Notes under the pieces: model-generated | What the model saw: only the letters and a program-made list of their open reading frames with translations | What the model was told of the DNA's origin: nothing | Database searches by the model: none | Made by a program: the position numbers and the translations under genes | DNA from: an uncultured Ignavibacteriales bacterium | GTDB taxonomy: Bacteria; Zixibacteria; MSB-5A5; GN15; FEB-12 | NCBI GenBank assembly: GCA_964518635.1 | Contig: CAZFGK010000001.1 | Span: 569-64,568, forward strand | DNA: 64,000 nucleotides | Reading direction: 5' to 3' | Shown here: in pieces, positions 56,967 through 64,000 of the stretch | Layout of the letters: the number at the start of each line of letters is the position of its first letter | Position numbering within the stretch: position 1 is the stretch's first letter

Positions 56967-57749
56967 CTAATATAACATCGAATAGGCCAAAAGGTTTGCC
57001 CCCATTTTCAGGGCAAGCGCTCGTTTCTCTGGCGGGTCGTTATGGACCTGTGGGTCTTCCCAGCCATCCCCGATATCGGATTCGACCAGAAAATAGACCG
57101 CCAGGCGACCATCGATTTCGATCCCATACCCACGAGGGGCCTCGGCGTCATGTTGGTGTATTTTCGGCGGACCGGAGGGGAAATCGTACATGACATGATA
57201 AATCGGATGATCAAAAGTCGGCTCGATTAGCTCCCGTTCGGGGTATATCTCCCGCATCTCCTTGAGAAAGCTCTCCGACATCCCGTAAGAGTCATTCACA
57301 AAGAGAAAACCGCCGGCCTCGAGCCAGTTCCGGAGATGCTCTCTTTCCTCTTCGGAGAAACGGATCACCCCATGCCCGGTGGCAAAGAGAAAGGGGTAAG
57401 CAGCAAGCTCGAGATCGGTCAGACGGATCGCTTTTTCGAGGGTATCGACCGGGATATCGGTGTTGTCACGGATGTAGCGGAGGAAATTCGGGAGAGCCGA
57501 TGCCCCCCAATACCAGTCCCCTCCCCCGTCATACTGGAGGCGAGCAACACGGGCGGCACCCGGATTCGGGGTAGTTCGCCGGATAGTCAGGTCGGTGGAG
57601 GTACCGGCAGGACGTGGGCGAAGAACCGGCTGGAGTGAACCGGGCTGATTTGGCTGGGAGGAGAGAGGGGTTAAACTGACAAGAATCAGCACCAAGAATG
57701 CGAAAAAGGAGGAAAGGAGAGAAAATGAAAGGTTGCGATGCGGATTCAT
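56967..57749 (-). CDS. DUF4159-like secreted protein
   Basis: Signal peptide, then RVARLQYDGGGDWYWGASALPNFLRYI and C-terminal GANLLAYSM, which resemble DUF4159. Confidence 0.7.
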   Translation of the reverse strand: MNPHRNLSFSLLSSFFAFLVLILVSLTPLSSQPNQPGSLQPVLRPRPAGTSTDLTIRRTTPNPGAARVARLQYDGGGDWYWGASALPNFLRYIRDNTDIPVDTLEKAIRLTDLELAAYPFLFATGHGVIRFSEEEREHLRNWLEAGGFLFVNDSYGMSESFLKEMREIYPERELIEPTFDHPIYHVMYDFPSGPPKIHQHDAEAPRGYGIEIDGRLAVYFLVESDIGDGWEDPQVHNDPPEKRALALKMGANLLAYSMLY

Positions 57750-57851
57750 GCGGGGATTATACGCTCAGAGAGGGTGGTTTGGCTAAGAGAGAAGATAAGA
57801 ATTTGTCAGAGTTCTTGGTCCCCCATAGCGCAGTACTGGACCGATTTCTTT

Positions 57852-57881
57852 CCTGTCATGCTGAGCTTGTCGAAGCATGAC
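57852..57881 (+). repeat. structured repeat family 1, copy a
   Basis: CCT-GTCATGC-TGAGCTTGTCGAA-GCATGAC, a 7-bp stem with a 13-nt loop. Confidence 0.75.
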
Positions 57882-57901
57882 TTCTCATGCTATCCGCTGA
57901 A

Positions 57902-57931
57902 GTCACCCTTCGACAAGCTCAGGGTGACAGG
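57902..57931 (-). repeat. structured repeat family 1, copy b (inverted)
   Basis: The reverse complement reads CCT-GTCACCC-TGAGCTTGTCGAA-GGGTGAC. The loop is identical to copy a, and the stem differs but still pairs. Confidence 0.75.
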
Positions 57932-57934
57932 ATT

Positions 57935-57965
57935 GGCTGGGTGGCAGCCTTATGCGAATCACTTT
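57935..57965 (+). repeat. structured repeat family 2, degenerate copy
   Basis: GGCTGGGTGGC-AGCCTTATGCG-AATCACTTTCG keeps the 5' box and part of the 3' box. The hairpin is eroded. Confidence 0.5.
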
Positions 57966-58042
57966 CGTCGAGGAATTGACTTAGAAAGGGGGAATCTGCT
58001 ATCTCTACTTGCAAGAGTATACGGGTGGCAACGAATTCACAT

Positions 58043-59083
58043 ATGACATTTTTCTTACTGGTGGCGTTTTGTCTCTTTTTGGGCTGCGAACGAAAACCAA
58101 TCGAGCCGAAGCCGAAAACTGAGTACTATTACTTTCTCGTTGCTCTCAATCCTGAATCGGTGACTCTTTTCCGGTTTGATACGAAGACAAGGCAAGTCGA
58201 CAGCACTGAGATATCGGGAGGCTCCAACACGTTTGTAGATGCTACCTACTCCCCAGCAACTGATCGATTGTACATCACAGTAAAATCTTCTGTGGCTGTG
58301 CTTGACCCATCGACAATGCTTGTTGTCGATTCACTGAACTACGATGTGCGACATATAACAGTTTCAAATGATGGCGGGATCCTGGCAATGGAAATGCAGG
58401 GTGGTGGGCTCACTTTCCTTGATGCTCGAACAAAAAGCGTCATCAAAGTTCTATCCCGCAAGACCGGGAGAGGCACTTTCTCAGTCGATGGCAAATCCTT
58501 CAGTTGCACAATAGGGGACGGAGGAGATCCTGAAGGCTTCGATATCGCCTTGGTTGATTTGCTAACTTGGGAGGTGACGGACCATTTTCCGGGGAATGCG
58601 TCGCTTTCAAGTACTTTTGAGCAAACCGAAAAGATGTGGTACTGCTACTTTACTGCACCGTTTTACGCTGGCTACATGTTTCGTGCAAACAGTGCCGATT
58701 CGGTCTTGGATGAACTGATCGTCGACCCCGGAGTCGGTAGGATGTTGTACGAACGTAGAAAGCGAAGAATCTATTTTACGGCTCCCGGGAACTTCATTTC
58801 CTCTATGCCAAGACCTTTTCTTTATTGGACGAACGCTGATTCTCTAGACCACTTAGACTCAATAGATGTCAGTGAAGTGCAAAATGATGGCTATTGGCCA
58901 GAATTTGTCGCCGATGGTATAGCCAAATCAGAGGACGGCAATCTAATCGTCTACGCTGAGTCTGCTCAGGATCGTCTTCTTGTGTTACGCCAATCCGACA
59001 ACAGAATAGTAGATACTATCGCTTTCGGAAGGGGCTTTGCAGAAGTAGCATTGCCCGCAGTTGTGTCTCAACGCTCAGAATAG
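58043..59083 (+). CDS. lipoprotein, probable beta-propeller (YVTN-like repeats, unverified)
   Basis: The ATG at 58043 gives MTFFLLVAFCLFLGCERKP, a lipobox. The body is beta-rich with recurring hydrophobic-D/S-x-x-x-x-L-Y-I/V-T patterns. Confidence 0.6.
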   Translation: MTFFLLVAFCLFLGCERKPIEPKPKTEYYYFLVALNPESVTLFRFDTKTRQVDSTEISGGSNTFVDATYSPATDRLYITVKSSVAVLDPSTMLVVDSLNYDVRHITVSNDGGILAMEMQGGGLTFLDARTKSVIKVLSRKTGRGTFSVDGKSFSCTIGDGGDPEGFDIALVDLLTWEVTDHFPGNASLSSTFEQTEKMWYCYFTAPFYAGYMFRANSADSVLDELIVDPGVGRMLYERRKRRIYFTAPGNFISSMPRPFLYWTNADSLDHLDSIDVSEVQNDGYWPEFVADGIAKSEDGNLIVYAESAQDRLLVLRQSDNRIVDTIAFGRGFAEVALPAVVSQRSE

Positions 59084-59094
59084 GATGACCCGCT

Positions 59095-59137
59095 GGCTGG
59101 GTGGCACACCTATTCTTATGGGTGTGAATCAGTGGCG
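59095..59137 (+). repeat. structured repeat family 2, copy D (forward)
   Basis: GGCTGGGTGGC-ACACC-TATTCTTATG-GGTGT-GAATCAGTGGCG, starting 12 nt after the lipoprotein stop. Confidence 0.7.
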
Positions 59138-59270
59138 TGGTCTTCAAATCTTGGGAAAACATGACGAAGGAAGAATTTCATTTAGACATAACTCGACGAG
59201 TGCAAAAGATCGTGTGAAGTTGGCTCTGCCTCTTGGGATGAACTTAGACGAAAAATCTGTGAGTGCGGGG

Positions 59271-59316
59271 GGCATCACCGACTTCACACCCGTCAGAACG
59301 GGTGTGCCACCTAGCC
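59271..59316 (-). repeat. structured repeat family 2, copy E (reverse)
   Basis: The reverse complement reads GGCTAGGTGGC-ACACCCG-TTCTGA-CGGGTGT-GAAGTCGGTGATGCC. Confidence 0.7.
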
Positions 59317-59351
59317 AAAAAAAAATGGCGGGTTGGTAGACAACCCGCCAT
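59317..59351 (-). terminator. rho-independent terminator after secF
   Basis: An 11-bp stem ATGGCGGGTTG/CAACCCGCCAT (59325-59335 / 59341-59351). On the minus strand it is followed by T9 (59317-59325). Confidence 0.7.
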
Positions 59352-59375
59352 TACAGTCACATTTCAAAAACGAAA

Positions 59376-60302
59376 CTACTTCGTACGGCGCGGACTCGCG
59401 GCTTCCCATTCAACCAGAATCGGGCTCGCTACAAAAATCGAGCTGTAGGTTCCGACGAGAATCCCCAGAATCATCGCCAGCGAGAAGTTGCGAAGCACTT
59501 CCCCTCCGAAGAAATACAACACCACTACTACGAGCAGAACGGTCATCGACGTATTCAATGTCCGTGACAGTGTTTCGTTAATCGATGAATTGATTGACTT
59601 GATGAAATCGGCCTTTGCGCGGAATTTCTTGAAATTCTCACGGATTCGATCAAAGACCACCACCGTATCGGTGAGTGAATATCCAGCCAGGGTTAGCAGT
59701 GCAGTCACAAACAGAAGATCGAATTCGAGTCCAAAGACCCAGAAGATTCCGATCACGGCGAGGACATCATGGAATGTCGCAATCGTCGCGGCGACACCGA
59801 ACCGGAAATCGAAACGAACCGCAATGTAGGCGAGAATACCAAGCAATGAGATGATAATCGCGTAGCTCGTATCCTTGCGAAGAGTCTGACCAACCGCCGG
59901 GCCGATCAGATGATGCGATTCAACGGTGAAGGTATTCCCCGGAAACGAAGTCTGCATGATGGTCTGCACACTTGCGAGTCGTTCTTTCCCTTCGGCTTCA
60001 GTCTGCGGTCGTTTCACTTTCACGATAAAAGTGTTCGGCTTGGATGCATCGGCGATGTTTGTGACGGAGGCATCACTGAACTCAGTTCCAATAGCAGCGC
60101 GAACCTGATCGATGGTTACGGTCTGGGCAAAGTTCCCCTGCACCATTACCCCACCGGCGAAATCGATCCCCATCTCGGCTTTTCCAAGTCCTATCATGAC
60201 GATCCCGATGATTCCGAGCACACTCAGAATACCGGATATGAGAAAGGCGATTTTCCGTTTTCCAAGAAAATCGAATGCGGTCTCTCCAATTATTCTAAAC
60301 AT
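59376..60302 (-). CDS. secF: protein translocase subunit SecF
   Basis: 308 aa. GIDFAGG, SYAIIISLLGILAYIAVRF and LVTLHDV-like FHDVLAVIGIF are typical of SecF. Confidence 0.9.
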   Translation of the reverse strand: MFRIIGETAFDFLGKRKIAFLISGILSVLGIIGIVMIGLGKAEMGIDFAGGVMVQGNFAQTVTIDQVRAAIGTEFSDASVTNIADASKPNTFIVKVKRPQTEAEGKERLASVQTIMQTSFPGNTFTVESHHLIGPAVGQTLRKDTSYAIIISLLGILAYIAVRFDFRFGVAATIATFHDVLAVIGIFWVFGLEFDLLFVTALLTLAGYSLTDTVVVFDRIRENFKKFRAKADFIKSINSSINETLSRTLNTSMTVLLVVVVLYFFGGEVLRNFSLAMILGILVGTYSSIFVASPILVEWEAASPRRTK

Positions 60303-60311
60303 GGATGCTCC

Positions 60312-62015
60312 TTAAATACTCAGTGTCTTGTACGTCTTGCGCATGTCGAACACCGCCTTGGTGATGACGTACGCAGTGAACAGTGAAAGCGACACACCCC
60401 AGAAGAGTGTAATCGCGAATCCGCGCACGGCACCGGAGCCGAAAATGAAGAGCGCGGCGGCAGTAATCAGGGTGGTCACGTGTGAATCCAGAATCGCGCT
60501 GAAGGCGCGATCATAGCCGGCATCAATCGCCGCTCGGACTGATTTCCCTGATTTCATTTCTTCTCGGATGCGCTCGAAGATCAGAATATTCGAGTCGACC
60601 GAGATACCGATGGTGAGAATGATACCAGCGATTCCCGGCATCGTCAGTGTCGCACCAACGGCGGCTAGCACTGCAAGCAGGAAGAAGACGTTAAAGAGCA
60701 GACCAAGATTAGCGATCATGCCGGAGACTTTGTAGTAGATACCGATGTAAGCAAGGACGAGTACCAGTCCGACCACGCTAGAGAGGAATCCCTTACGAAT
60801 CGAATCGGCTCCAAGGGAGGCACCGACGACATTTTTTTCGATGATCTCTACCGGTGCGGGAAGCGCACCTGCCTGAAGAACGATTTCAAGATTACGCGCC
60901 TCTTCGACTGATGCGCCAGAGCCCATCGTAATCTGTCCGCTGTTACGAATCTTCGACTGAATCATCGGAGCTGATTCGACTTTGTCGTCGATAACAATCG
61001 CCAACGGCTTGTCGATATTCGCACCGGTCAGTTGCTGAAAACGATCGGCAGCATCAGAGGAGAGGGAGAAATTGACGCGATACCCTTCGGCATCCATGGC
61101 GAGACGTATTCCTTCGAGCTTATCCCCCTGGAAGTAGACACGTTTCTTGAGGACATAGAGTTCGTATGTCTCGCGGCTGCTGCGAATCGCCGAACGGGTC
61201 GACCAGGCAAGCTGAACATCCGGTGGAATCACGCGGCGAACTTCCGGCAACTGCAACCAGCGATTCATGAGATCGTAGTCACGCTTGCTGACAATATATC
61301 CCGGCCACTGCACTCCAGTCCGGTTGTTGTACATATTCGGTTCGAGTTTCGAGGTGAAGGGTGCACTTGACTCGGTCGGAGTGAACTCCTCGGAATCGGC
61401 ACTCTTCATCGTATCATTCGCCGAATCAGTCCCCATCATCTCGGAGAGAATATCATCCGATTTCTTGCCGGTGTCGGAGGTAGTAGTGGCGGGAGTTGTT
61501 GACGTCGAGGTCGGAGAATTTCCTTCAATGAGAGCGATTGCGGAATCAATTCGTCCAAGAATCAGATTCGCACTCTCAATCGACTCGAGCAGTTTGAACT
61601 GCAGTTGCGCAGTCTGTCCGATCAATTCTTCGGCTCGAGCCGGATCAGTGTAGCCGGGAAGATCAACGATGACGCGATCATCCCCCTGCCGCTGAATAAT
61701 CGGTTCGGCGACGCCGAGCCCGTCGATACGAGTACGCAAGACCTGAATAGCGCGATCAACGGCCCCTTCACGTGCGGCTGCGTCGATCTCTTCGGTCTTC
61801 ACGCGAAGGACGGTATGAATTCCTCCCTGAAGATCGAGTCCGAGGCGAATCGCATTCGTTTGTAGTTTCAGATATCCACCCGGATCATTCTGTTGCATCG
61901 ATGCGCGGGCTGTGTCGGACATCGTCCAGAACTGGAACGTCGGCCAGAACATGAAGCAGCCGAGCACAAACAGAGCGGCGGTAATTCCCCATCTCCATTT
62001 TTGACTGGTATTCAT
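60312..62015 (-). CDS. secD: protein translocase subunit SecD
   Basis: 567 aa. LGLDLQGGIH, the periplasmic domain and C-terminal 6-TM RND-like core (GIAGIILTIGISVDSNILIFERIREE). Confidence 0.9.
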   Translation of the reverse strand: MNTSQKWRWGITAALFVLGCFMFWPTFQFWTMSDTARASMQQNDPGGYLKLQTNAIRLGLDLQGGIHTVLRVKTEEIDAAAREGAVDRAIQVLRTRIDGLGVAEPIIQRQGDDRVIVDLPGYTDPARAEELIGQTAQLQFKLLESIESANLILGRIDSAIALIEGNSPTSTSTTPATTTSDTGKKSDDILSEMMGTDSANDTMKSADSEEFTPTESSAPFTSKLEPNMYNNRTGVQWPGYIVSKRDYDLMNRWLQLPEVRRVIPPDVQLAWSTRSAIRSSRETYELYVLKKRVYFQGDKLEGIRLAMDAEGYRVNFSLSSDAADRFQQLTGANIDKPLAIVIDDKVESAPMIQSKIRNSGQITMGSGASVEEARNLEIVLQAGALPAPVEIIEKNVVGASLGADSIRKGFLSSVVGLVLVLAYIGIYYKVSGMIANLGLLFNVFFLLAVLAAVGATLTMPGIAGIILTIGISVDSNILIFERIREEMKSGKSVRAAIDAGYDRAFSAILDSHVTTLITAAALFIFGSGAVRGFAITLFWGVSLSLFTAYVITKAVFDMRKTYKTLSI

Positions 62016-62113
62016 TCCTATCTCCTTTATGTAATAATTCTCTATTTCGAAAGAAGCATCATCATAGCGATGACGCAGTGGTTCAGACTTGAGTGAAGGG
62101 GAATTGAGAGAAG

Positions 62114-62602
62114 TTAGCTGGTGCCGGACGGGCGTTGGCCGACGAGAGCAAATCGATAGGGAAGCTCGGCAGAGACTTCACCAAGAGTAGAATAGACGAA
62201 AATCAGCTGACAGTAGCCGAGGTAGGCATCTGTACGACTGAGCGAAATTTCAGGGAGAATGTAGCGAATCGACCGAATGGTCTCCTGCGTCGAAAGCTGC
62301 GCAGTCCACCAACCATGCGAGTCGGTCTCCGAAATCGGATCAGAAGTGGCGGCGTCATCAGTTGGGGAGGTATCCCCTACTCCGGCAGCAATCTCTTCGG
62401 CAGTCGGCGCGACCGTCCGTTCGAGAGTAGATTTTTCAGACGAAAGATTTGGACGAGCCGCAACGATCCCGGTCAAGAACAAGGCAAGCACCTGAGCGAC
62501 GCAGATGAGCGTCATCAGCTTCTTCCGAAACGGCGTACTTCCCTGTTGGGTTCTTGGTTTCATCGCAGGTTTGGAATATAGAGCCGGTGACAGGACTGTC
62601 AA
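62114..62602 (-). CDS. hypothetical signal-anchored protein
   Basis: The ORF has one hydrophobic helix (LMTLICVAQVLALFLTGIVAA). It is not YajC-like, and the start is uncertain (alternative ATG at 62563). Confidence 0.4.
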   Translation of the reverse strand: MTVLSPALYSKPAMKPRTQQGSTPFRKKLMTLICVAQVLALFLTGIVAARPNLSSEKSTLERTVAPTAEEIAAGVGDTSPTDDAATSDPISETDSHGWWTAQLSTQETIRSIRYILPEISLSRTDAYLGYCQLIFVYSTLGEVSAELPYRFALVGQRPSGTS

Positions 62603-62747
62603 CGAAGCATCGCCGGAATCGCGTCTGAATGATCGTTCAGGGATCGAATTGTCTTATTTTGGAGCAGAAGAAACAAGGAATGAAAAAGAGTCAACCCGCA
62701 ACGGGACAACGAGTTGTTCAGGAAATCGGGAGGCGGAAAACCCCTGG

Positions 62748-63962
62748 CTACTCCTTGCCTGAGAAATTGAGTCCAGCTCTGGCGACAGGGCCAATATGTT
62801 TTCGCTGATAGATCAAGTACGCGACCCCCAGCACACAATAACCGATCGCCAGCGGAACGCGGATATTTTCCATGAGTAGTTGTGCACCAAACAGGACAAA
62901 GAGCGCGACCCCTTCGATCTTGTTCATGCGGAGATTGAGAAGAATCGCCACTGCAAAAAGTGACTGGGCAGCGGTAAGATAGAGTTCATGATCCTGCAGG
63001 GTATCGAGTGGGAAGGGCTTGATGACTCCAGCAGATATCGAATAGACAATTGGAATGGTACCGATGAGCAAAGTCCAATGATTGACTTTCGATGATATCA
63101 AGGCACGCATCGCGGCGGCAGCATGTCCGCGTACGGTCCAGGTGGCGGCGATCAGAAACTCAGGCATTTCGGAGGCAATCGGCGCAAGCCACTGCACCAG
63201 CAGGAATTCATTTACGCCGAGCTGTTTTCCGGTCTCGACAAGGGAATGTGCAAACGGTTCTGCTACAAAGAAAATCACCGCTCCAGAGAAAAGAAAGAGA
63301 GCCGCAGTAGCCATTCGCCGTGGAGTTCTTGTCAGATTGGCGATAATCTTGACCGGGCCGACCAGTTCCGGCTCTTCACTCGGCAACTGAGAGGTCCGCT
63401 TGGCATAGAGGACATAAAGCGAAACAAGGATCACCGCATCGATAAGATTCAGCGAACCTTTGAGCGGAATGGTGAAGGAGTAGACCGTCGCGGCAAGGAG
63501 ATAGAAAATTTCGACTCGTTGAGTCTTATCGAGGACAATCTCTTTTTTCTGCTTGACCCAGACAAAGAGCATGAGCACAACCGGCCAGCCGAGCCCAACA
63601 AGAAGTCGATTCGCGCCGGTCATATTGGCGACGGCATAATGGCGTGCTTCGTCATTATGAGCCGCATTCCAGGTAAAGACAAAATCGACCGCGTACTCCG
63701 GCAGCACCGCTATCAGGGCAAGAATCGCAATGGCGAGTGACTGGGAGATTTCGATCTGCGCTGCTTCCGCCGCCCAGGAGAGCATGAATGCCGCTCCGAA
63801 AATTGCGAGACCAAAAACAAAGGCACCAAGTATCGGCTCGATATGGATATGCCCTGCACCGGCGATGAAGCCGGGGAGGCAGGCTAAGATTGCTATGATT
63901 AACAAAACCCAGAGACCGGGGGTTATTTTGTAGGGAGTGACTTCGCCGTGTGAATGGGTCAT
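62748..63962 (-). CDS. CaCA-type cation antiporter-like membrane protein
   Basis: 404 aa with about 11 TM helices. Two acidic P-E segments (AVLPEYAVD, IASEMPEFL) resemble the alpha-repeats of the Na+/Ca2+ exchanger family. Confidence 0.6.
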   Translation of the reverse strand: MTHSHGEVTPYKITPGLWVLLIIAILACLPGFIAGAGHIHIEPILGAFVFGLAIFGAAFMLSWAAEAAQIEISQSLAIAILALIAVLPEYAVDFVFTWNAAHNDEARHYAVANMTGANRLLVGLGWPVVLMLFVWVKQKKEIVLDKTQRVEIFYLLAATVYSFTIPLKGSLNLIDAVILVSLYVLYAKRTSQLPSEEPELVGPVKIIANLTRTPRRMATAALFLFSGAVIFFVAEPFAHSLVETGKQLGVNEFLLVQWLAPIASEMPEFLIAATWTVRGHAAAAMRALISSKVNHWTLLIGTIPIVYSISAGVIKPFPLDTLQDHELYLTAAQSLFAVAILLNLRMNKIEGVALFVLFGAQLLMENIRVPLAIGYCVLGVAYLIYQRKHIGPVARAGLNFSGKE

Positions 63963-64000
63963 TAGCCGCGGATAATCATGTTCACAATGTCTTTACGCAA
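63962..64000 (-). CDS. C-terminal end of an upstream CDS (partial, unknown)
   Basis: The frame is open from the window edge (...LRKDIVNMIIRG*). Its TAA shares 1 nt with the ATG of the antiporter-like gene. Confidence 0.25.
   Translation of the reverse strand: MRKDIVNMIIRG

Noticed and set aside
57738-58046. 102-aa ORF across the hairpin repeats; the same applies to 59061-59339 and 19810-20100
   Set aside because: Their sequences are translations of the repeat units (LSLSKH, PFDKLRVT, TDFTPVRTGVPPS, LTSHPKTGAPPS). They have no start context and overlap terminators or priA, so I treat them as spurious.
57750-59375. Integron gene cassette with attC sites flanking the lipoprotein gene
   Set aside because: The repeats lack the RYYYAAC / GTTRRRY core sites of attC. 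No intI gene or attI is visible, and the flanking repeats are not in the consistent orientation expected of attC.

Overview
The window reads as chromosomal core DNA from an uncultivated bacterium. It is probably of FCB-superphylum type: one protein carries a T9SS-style C-terminal sorting domain (NYPNPFNPTT...), and BatA, DUF4159 and DUF2723-type envelope genes are present. GC looks mid-range by eye, and most genes have Shine-Dalgarno sites.

I support about 52 CDS, mostly on the minus strand, plus one tRNA-Gln(TTG), four intrinsic terminators and two sigma70-like promoters.

- **Central metabolism:** acnA-fbaA-gcvT-comB.
- **ispE cluster:** ispE-spoVG-tRNA(Gln)-prs-rplY.
- **Long minus-strand string:** pth-rpsF-rpsR-membrane-rplI, which continues into a DUF151 nuclease, an LpoA-like protein and three small unknown genes.
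- **Other housekeeping genes:** priA, copA, secDF.
- **Secreted or envelope proteins:** several large proteins of unknown function.

I see no CRISPR array, integrase, transposase, reverse transcriptase or recognisable defence gene. I cannot point with confidence to a discrete new system.

The most unusual signals are:
1. Two families of short structured intergenic repeats with compensatory stem changes. They are organised as inverted doublets in two loci (19.6 kb and 57.8-59.3 kb), and one set brackets a single lipoprotein gene.
2. A tightly coupled TPR / BatA-vWA / ABC-F / flavodoxin-like / AhpD-like gene chain.
3. A DUF4159 / giant coiled-coil membrane protein / TPR / DUF2723 string.
4. A secreted protein built from an unassigned G-x-D-x-Y repeat.
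5. Repeat tails on ribosomal proteins S6 and L25.

All protein calls rest on motif recognition by eye. No database search was possible.
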